Shown here: positions 16,103-19,827 of the stretch, piece after piece
Layout: the number at the start of each line of letters is the position of its first letter
Position numbering within the stretch: position 1 is the first letter of the stretch
Origin: Candidatus Methanomethylicia archaeon
GTDB taxonomy: Archaea > Thermoproteota > Methanomethylicia > CALHIW01
Assembly (NCBI GenBank): GCA_038845975.1
Contig: JAWBQF010000040.1
Coordinates: 1-19,827 of the forward strand
Direction of reading: 5' to 3'
DNA: 19,827 bases
The notes under the pieces: model-generated
What the model was told of the DNA's origin: nothing
The model's input: the letters and a program-made list of their open reading frames with translations, nothing else
Database searches by the model: none
Program-made: the position numbers and the translations under genes

Positions 16103-16972
16103 CTTACGTTTAGACTATCAGTGCTCTTGAGTAATTAGTGAATTTGTACATTAAATTTCATGCATTTTTATTTTTTGTTTTTATGTTGGATTTACAACTT
16201 CTTTAAAGAATGTTTCGAGGAAAAATATATATCCGTTATTCTTCTATGCTATGTATGGTTTTAGTTATGTGATGTTTTGATGTGTATATTGAGTGTCTTC
16301 CCTTATTAATGCTTACTACATGTTTAAGCTGGTTACCGAGCTATTATACAACATTCCATCCTTACTTGGATTCTTCTTTAGCAAGTATAGGAAGCTCATC
16401 GTAGAATATTGATTGCAAGGTTAGTTATTTTGAAATTGCTAAACCCCGTTCTTTAATAGGTCCCGTTCAGATAAGAAATTGACTGATAATTTTATATTAT
16501 GGGGATATCTGCTCAATTAATAGGTTGGGTTAGGAGCTTAAATATCCTTAAGAGGAATAAGAAGCTAGTAGAGCTGAAAGTTAAGGCTTTTTGCTTTGGC
16601 TTATTTTATTGTAGGAAACTTAGGGGTAAAGCATAACTTTAAATACTTAAACCCCTTCCTTAAAACTTTAAGTACTACTACGACTTCCATAGGTAAGCCT
16701 AAATTAGCAAGAAATTCAAGAATTCATAACCATAGCTTTACATATTATTAACCATATTGTTTCAACAAGAGGAGAGGAACTCAACTATAACTCCTCTTAA
16801 ACATTTAATTAGCTACCATTACAAAATCAATATTGATCATTAATAACATTATATTATCCGGGCAGGACCCTTAAACATGCTCTGTTAATTTAGGCCGTTA
16901 ACTACATGTATTTCTTATATCTAAGTTCACAGAGTTCTTAAACAAGTCCTAAAGTTTATAAGGTTAGTATCT

Positions 16973-17380
16973 ATGAGCTTTGAGGAGCTTATTAAGAGTG
17001 CTTTGGAGTTTGTGGAGCTAGCCTTTAGGAAGTTTGAGGAAGGAGTTAAGGAGAACTCGTCTACGAGACTTAGAGATTCTGCTGAGAAGACTTGGAACGC
17101 AGTTGCACAAGCTATTAACGCTTTAGTACTCAGGTATGAAGAGCTTATGCCTAGAAGTCATTATGAGAGGAGACATGCCCTAAAGGAGTTAGAAAAGAAG
17201 ATACCGAAACTTAAAGACTATGGCATTTATGATAGATATGCTGCTAGAAGCTGCCTGCTCCACGGCGAAGTCTTCTACGAAGGCATCATAGATACTGAGT
17301 TACTGAAATTAGAGCTCGAAAAGCCAAGGGAACTTGTGGAATACATATCCAAGAACTTAAGTAGATTTCAGAAGACATGA
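16973..17380 (+). CDS. PaREP1-like (HEPN-related) protein
   Basis: LRDSAEKTWNAV..A.NAL, SH.ERR, LHGEVFYE motifs; 135-aa helical protein. Confidence 0.75.
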   Translation: MSFEELIKSALEFVELAFRKFEEGVKENSSTRLRDSAEKTWNAVAQAINALVLRYEELMPRSHYERRHALKELEKKIPKLKDYGIYDRYAARSCLLHGEVFYEGIIDTELLKLELEKPRELVEYISKNLSRFQKT

Positions 17381-17614
17381 AGAATAAACTTCCATATTTA
17401 CTCACTTCCAACAAAGGAGTCGATTCTCTCTCAAATGAAGCTTACAGGACACATTTATCAGTAATAACATTTAACATAACATACTTTATACTATCTTTCC
17501 CTCTCAAACACAACCCAAATAGTTAGTGGACCTTATCCTAACCAATAATCATACTCAATATAGGATAAGAACACCCCAAATAAACTTCTAAAGTTGACAG
17601 AATATATATTTAAG

Positions 17615-17628
17615 CGAAAAGTTTATAG
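17615..17628 (+). promoter_or_regulatory. BRE + TATA box for the nuoL-like gene
   Basis: CGAAAAG-TTTATAG; the spacing puts the transcription start near ATG 17654. Confidence 0.5.
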
Positions 17629-17653
17629 TTTTCTCATGTTTGTGCTAGCTAGT

Positions 17654-19636
17654 ATGGTCTTAGAGTTAAATAATATTGTTCAGTTAACAGCATATACATG
17701 GTTAATACCATTTCTAGGATCTACGTTAATCCTAATATTTAGGAATAGAAGAGTTATCGGCTTAATATCTATCTTCTCAATATTTATCTCCTCTATTCTA
17801 TCTTTCTTACTGCTACTTGATGTTTATCTGAATGGCTCTAGAGATATTATACTTTATTCTTGGATTGAAAGCTTTCATGCTTGTTTCGGGGTTTATGCTG
17901 ATGCTTTATCTTCAATTGTGGCTGTTATGGTTTCATGGATTAGTTTCCTAATAGGTGTTTACAGCTTTAAATATATGGAGGGGGATGAATGGTGGAAGCG
18001 ATACTGGTTCTTCTTCACATTCTTCGTTGGAAGTATGTTATTAGCTGTTTTGGCTAGGGATCTTTTAACTATGCTTGTTGGATGGGAGGGAACCTCTCTA
18101 GCATCCTACGCATTAATAGGTCATTGGTTTACTGATGAAGAGGAGAAATGTGTTGGTGATGTTGGCCGTAAAGCATTAGGGATGAAAATGTGGTTTACTC
18201 CTAGCGAGTCTGGTTTTAGAGCTATTGTTATGACTGGAATTGCTGATACTGGTATGCTTATAGGGATGGGTATTCTACTATTTCTTAATGGTAATATTGA
18301 GTTTAAAGCCCTAACTGAAGCTTCAGGAGAATGGATTTCTAGGCTTTACTCTCTAGGCATACTTATACCATTCCTAATTCTACTATCCCTGGGATCTATG
18401 GGTAAAAGTGCTCAGTTTCCATTTCATGAATGGCTTGTAACTGCTATGACTGGTCCAACATCTGTTAGTGCATTAATACATGCTGCAACAATGGTTAAGG
18501 TAGGTGTATACTTCATGCTTAGATTAGCACCAATAATAATTCTAGGTTCTACAATATCTAACATATCTGTAAAGCTTTTCTTCGAGTTTATTGTTTTAAT
18601 AGGTGTTTTCACAGCTTTCTTCATGGCTACTCAGGCAATAGTTGCTAGGGAGATTAAGCTTGTTTTAGCGTTTTCTACAGCTAGCCAGCTTGGATACATG
18701 TTTCTAGCAGTAGGCTCCTCAGCGCTTATACATGAACATTATCTAGGTGTTTTATCCGGTCTTACACATATGGTTAGCCACGCAATATTTAAGGCTTCAC
18801 TATTCCTAGCTGCAGGAGCCGTAATTCATACTATAGAATCTAAATATATGGATGATGCTGGGGAACTATCTAAAGGAATGAAGTATACGTTTCTAGCTAC
18901 TCTACTCGGTATACTTTCACTTGCAGGTATTCCGCCAACACTTGGATTCTGGTCTAAGGATATGATTATAGAGGCAGCGTATGAATCAGGATGTATCCCA
19001 TACTGGCTTAGTATAGTAACAGCTGGATTAACAGCCTACTACTCTTTCAGATATCTCTTCAAGATATTTATAATTAAGGATAAGCATAAAGAGGAACATA
19101 TTCATGAAGCGGATTTAACCATGCTTACCCCATACCTATTACTAGGAGTTTTAGCGCTAGCTACTGGAATGTTTTGGCCTATAGGTGGAAACCTCTATGT
19201 CTTCCTAATCAATAATAAATATTTAGGTATTGAAGAAGATATACATATACCTGGACTTAACGCTAAAAACCTATTAATATCATGCATGTTTATACTTACT
19301 GGATTTCTAGCTGCATATTATTCATGTATTGCTAGGAGGAGAGTATTTGAGCTTAAAGGATTTACTAAAACAATATATAACCTACTATATAACCGATATC
19401 TTATCAACTCGATATACTATCTCATCTTTGTTGAGGGTTTCCATAAAATTTCAAGATGGACTGCTGAAATTGAAAACGTATTAGATAAAATACTACATGT
19501 GGAAATAGTTAAAAACATACTAGGAGTAGCGTTAAAAACTAGGAAAAGCATGGAGTTTACAGATACTTTATGGTATGTTATATTTGTAATGGTTAGTATT
19601 TGGCTAATTGTCTCTCTAATACTATTACTCATATAG
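17654..19636 (+). CDS. nuoL: NADH-quinone oxidoreductase subunit L / MrpA-like antiporter subunit
   Basis: GWEG..LASY.LIGHW, GKSAQFPFHEWL..AMTGPTSVSALIHAATMV..GVY, LAFSTASQLGYM, HAIFKASLFLAAGAVIH, GIPPTLGFWSKD. Start probably ATG 17654 rather than TTG 17594, given the TATA position. Confidence 0.88.
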   Translation: MVLELNNIVQLTAYTWLIPFLGSTLILIFRNRRVIGLISIFSIFISSILSFLLLLDVYLNGSRDIILYSWIESFHACFGVYADALSSIVAVMVSWISFLIGVYSFKYMEGDEWWKRYWFFFTFFVGSMLLAVLARDLLTMLVGWEGTSLASYALIGHWFTDEEEKCVGDVGRKALGMKMWFTPSESGFRAIVMTGIADTGMLIGMGILLFLNGNIEFKALTEASGEWISRLYSLGILIPFLILLSLGSMGKSAQFPFHEWLVTAMTGPTSVSALIHAATMVKVGVYFMLRLAPIIILGSTISNISVKLFFEFIVLIGVFTAFFMATQAIVAREIKLVLAFSTASQLGYMFLAVGSSALIHEHYLGVLSGLTHMVSHAIFKASLFLAAGAVIHTIESKYMDDAGELSKGMKYTFLATLLGILSLAGIPPTLGFWSKDMIIEAAYESGCIPYWLSIVTAGLTAYYSFRYLFKIFIIKDKHKEEHIHEADLTMLTPYLLLGVLALATGMFWPIGGNLYVFLINNKYLGIEEDIHIPGLNAKNLLISCMFILTGFLAAYYSCIARRRVFELKGFTKTIYNLLYNRYLINSIYYLIFVEGFHKISRWTAEIENVLDKILHVEIVKNILGVALKTRKSMEFTDTLWYVIFVMVSIWLIVSLILLLI

Positions 19637-19706
19637 ACTATACCTCCCATAAAGCTTTAAAGAACTGCTTATTTCTGATATGTGATGTTTTACTATTCTC
19701 AGTCTC

Positions 19707-19827
19707 GATACTGTCAAGTTATTTTTAGGGAGCTTTGAGAAGCCGCTTTTGGAGGTGATCACCATTAGGTGGCTTCTCAAAGCCCTTGAGAATAGTGGTT
19801 TGTTAGGATTAATAGGTTTTCGCTCCA
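19707..19827 (+). mobile_element. Probable start of a second IS6-family element (IR, hairpin, transposase N-terminus; runs off the right edge)
   Basis: IR-like GATACTGTCAAGTT (19707-19720); SD GGAGGTGA (19751-19758); open frame (V)ITIRWLLKALENSGLLGLIGFRS from GTG 19755 or ATT 19764, loosely like archaeal IS6 N-termini. Only about 24 codons are visible. Confidence 0.45.
19732..19783. repeat. 13-bp perfect inverted repeat (extendable with G-U pairs) enclosing an SD and start codon
   Basis: GCTTTGAGAAGCC (19732-19744) is the reverse complement of GGCTTCTCAAAGC (19771-19783). Confidence 0.85.

Noticed and set aside
16160-16190. T-rich tract as a terminator
   Set aside because: No plus-strand gene ends upstream of it.
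16293-16412. 39-codon ORF VSSLINAYYMFKLV…IPSLLGFFFSKY resembling NuoL/M/N-family motifs
   Set aside because: Too short, and the two motifs are in reverse order relative to the family; it may be a pseudogene scrap but cannot be supported without a search.
16878-16894. TGCTCTGTTAATTTAGG, similar to the left IS IR
   Set aside because: Short imperfect match in AT-rich DNA, with no partner IR or transposase found.
16073-16972. CRISPR array, tRNA or structured ncRNA in the 900-nt intergenic region
   Set aside because: No regularly spaced direct repeats, cloverleaf or GC-rich stems seen by eye.
18424-19650. Antisense ORFs 18424-18624 and 19417-19650
   Set aside because: Antisense to the nuoL-like gene.

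Overview
AT-rich window with archaeal signals (TTTAAATA/TTTATA TATA boxes, GGAGGTGA/AGGTGA ribosome-binding sites, a PaREP1-like gene, archaeal-type IS6), probably from a thermophilic Thermoproteota-like archaeon (inference). Most of it (364-15172) is a compact, capsid-less contractile phage-tail locus, i.e. a contractile injection system (CIS) or tailocin. The order is sheath, tube, tail-assembly chaperone, tape-measure-position protein, tube initiator, baseplate hub, spike, gp25, baseplate J, gpI-like wedge, fibre-like protein and terminator/cap-like protein. Next come a TTR-like adaptor, a 742-aa HEXXH zinc metalloprotease (candidate cargo) and a 479-aa partner. A PAAR tip gene lies on the opposite strand, coupled to a membrane protein with a double zinc ribbon. 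The ORF track misses three things: a start-less -1 frame ORF (2495-2722) reached through an A9 slippery site, matching the lambda G/GT chaperone frameshift; an IS6-family transposase running off the left edge; and a probable second IS6-like element starting at the right edge. A PaREP1-like gene and an orphan nuoL-like gene complete the window. All family assignments come from motif recognition and synteny; no database search was run.
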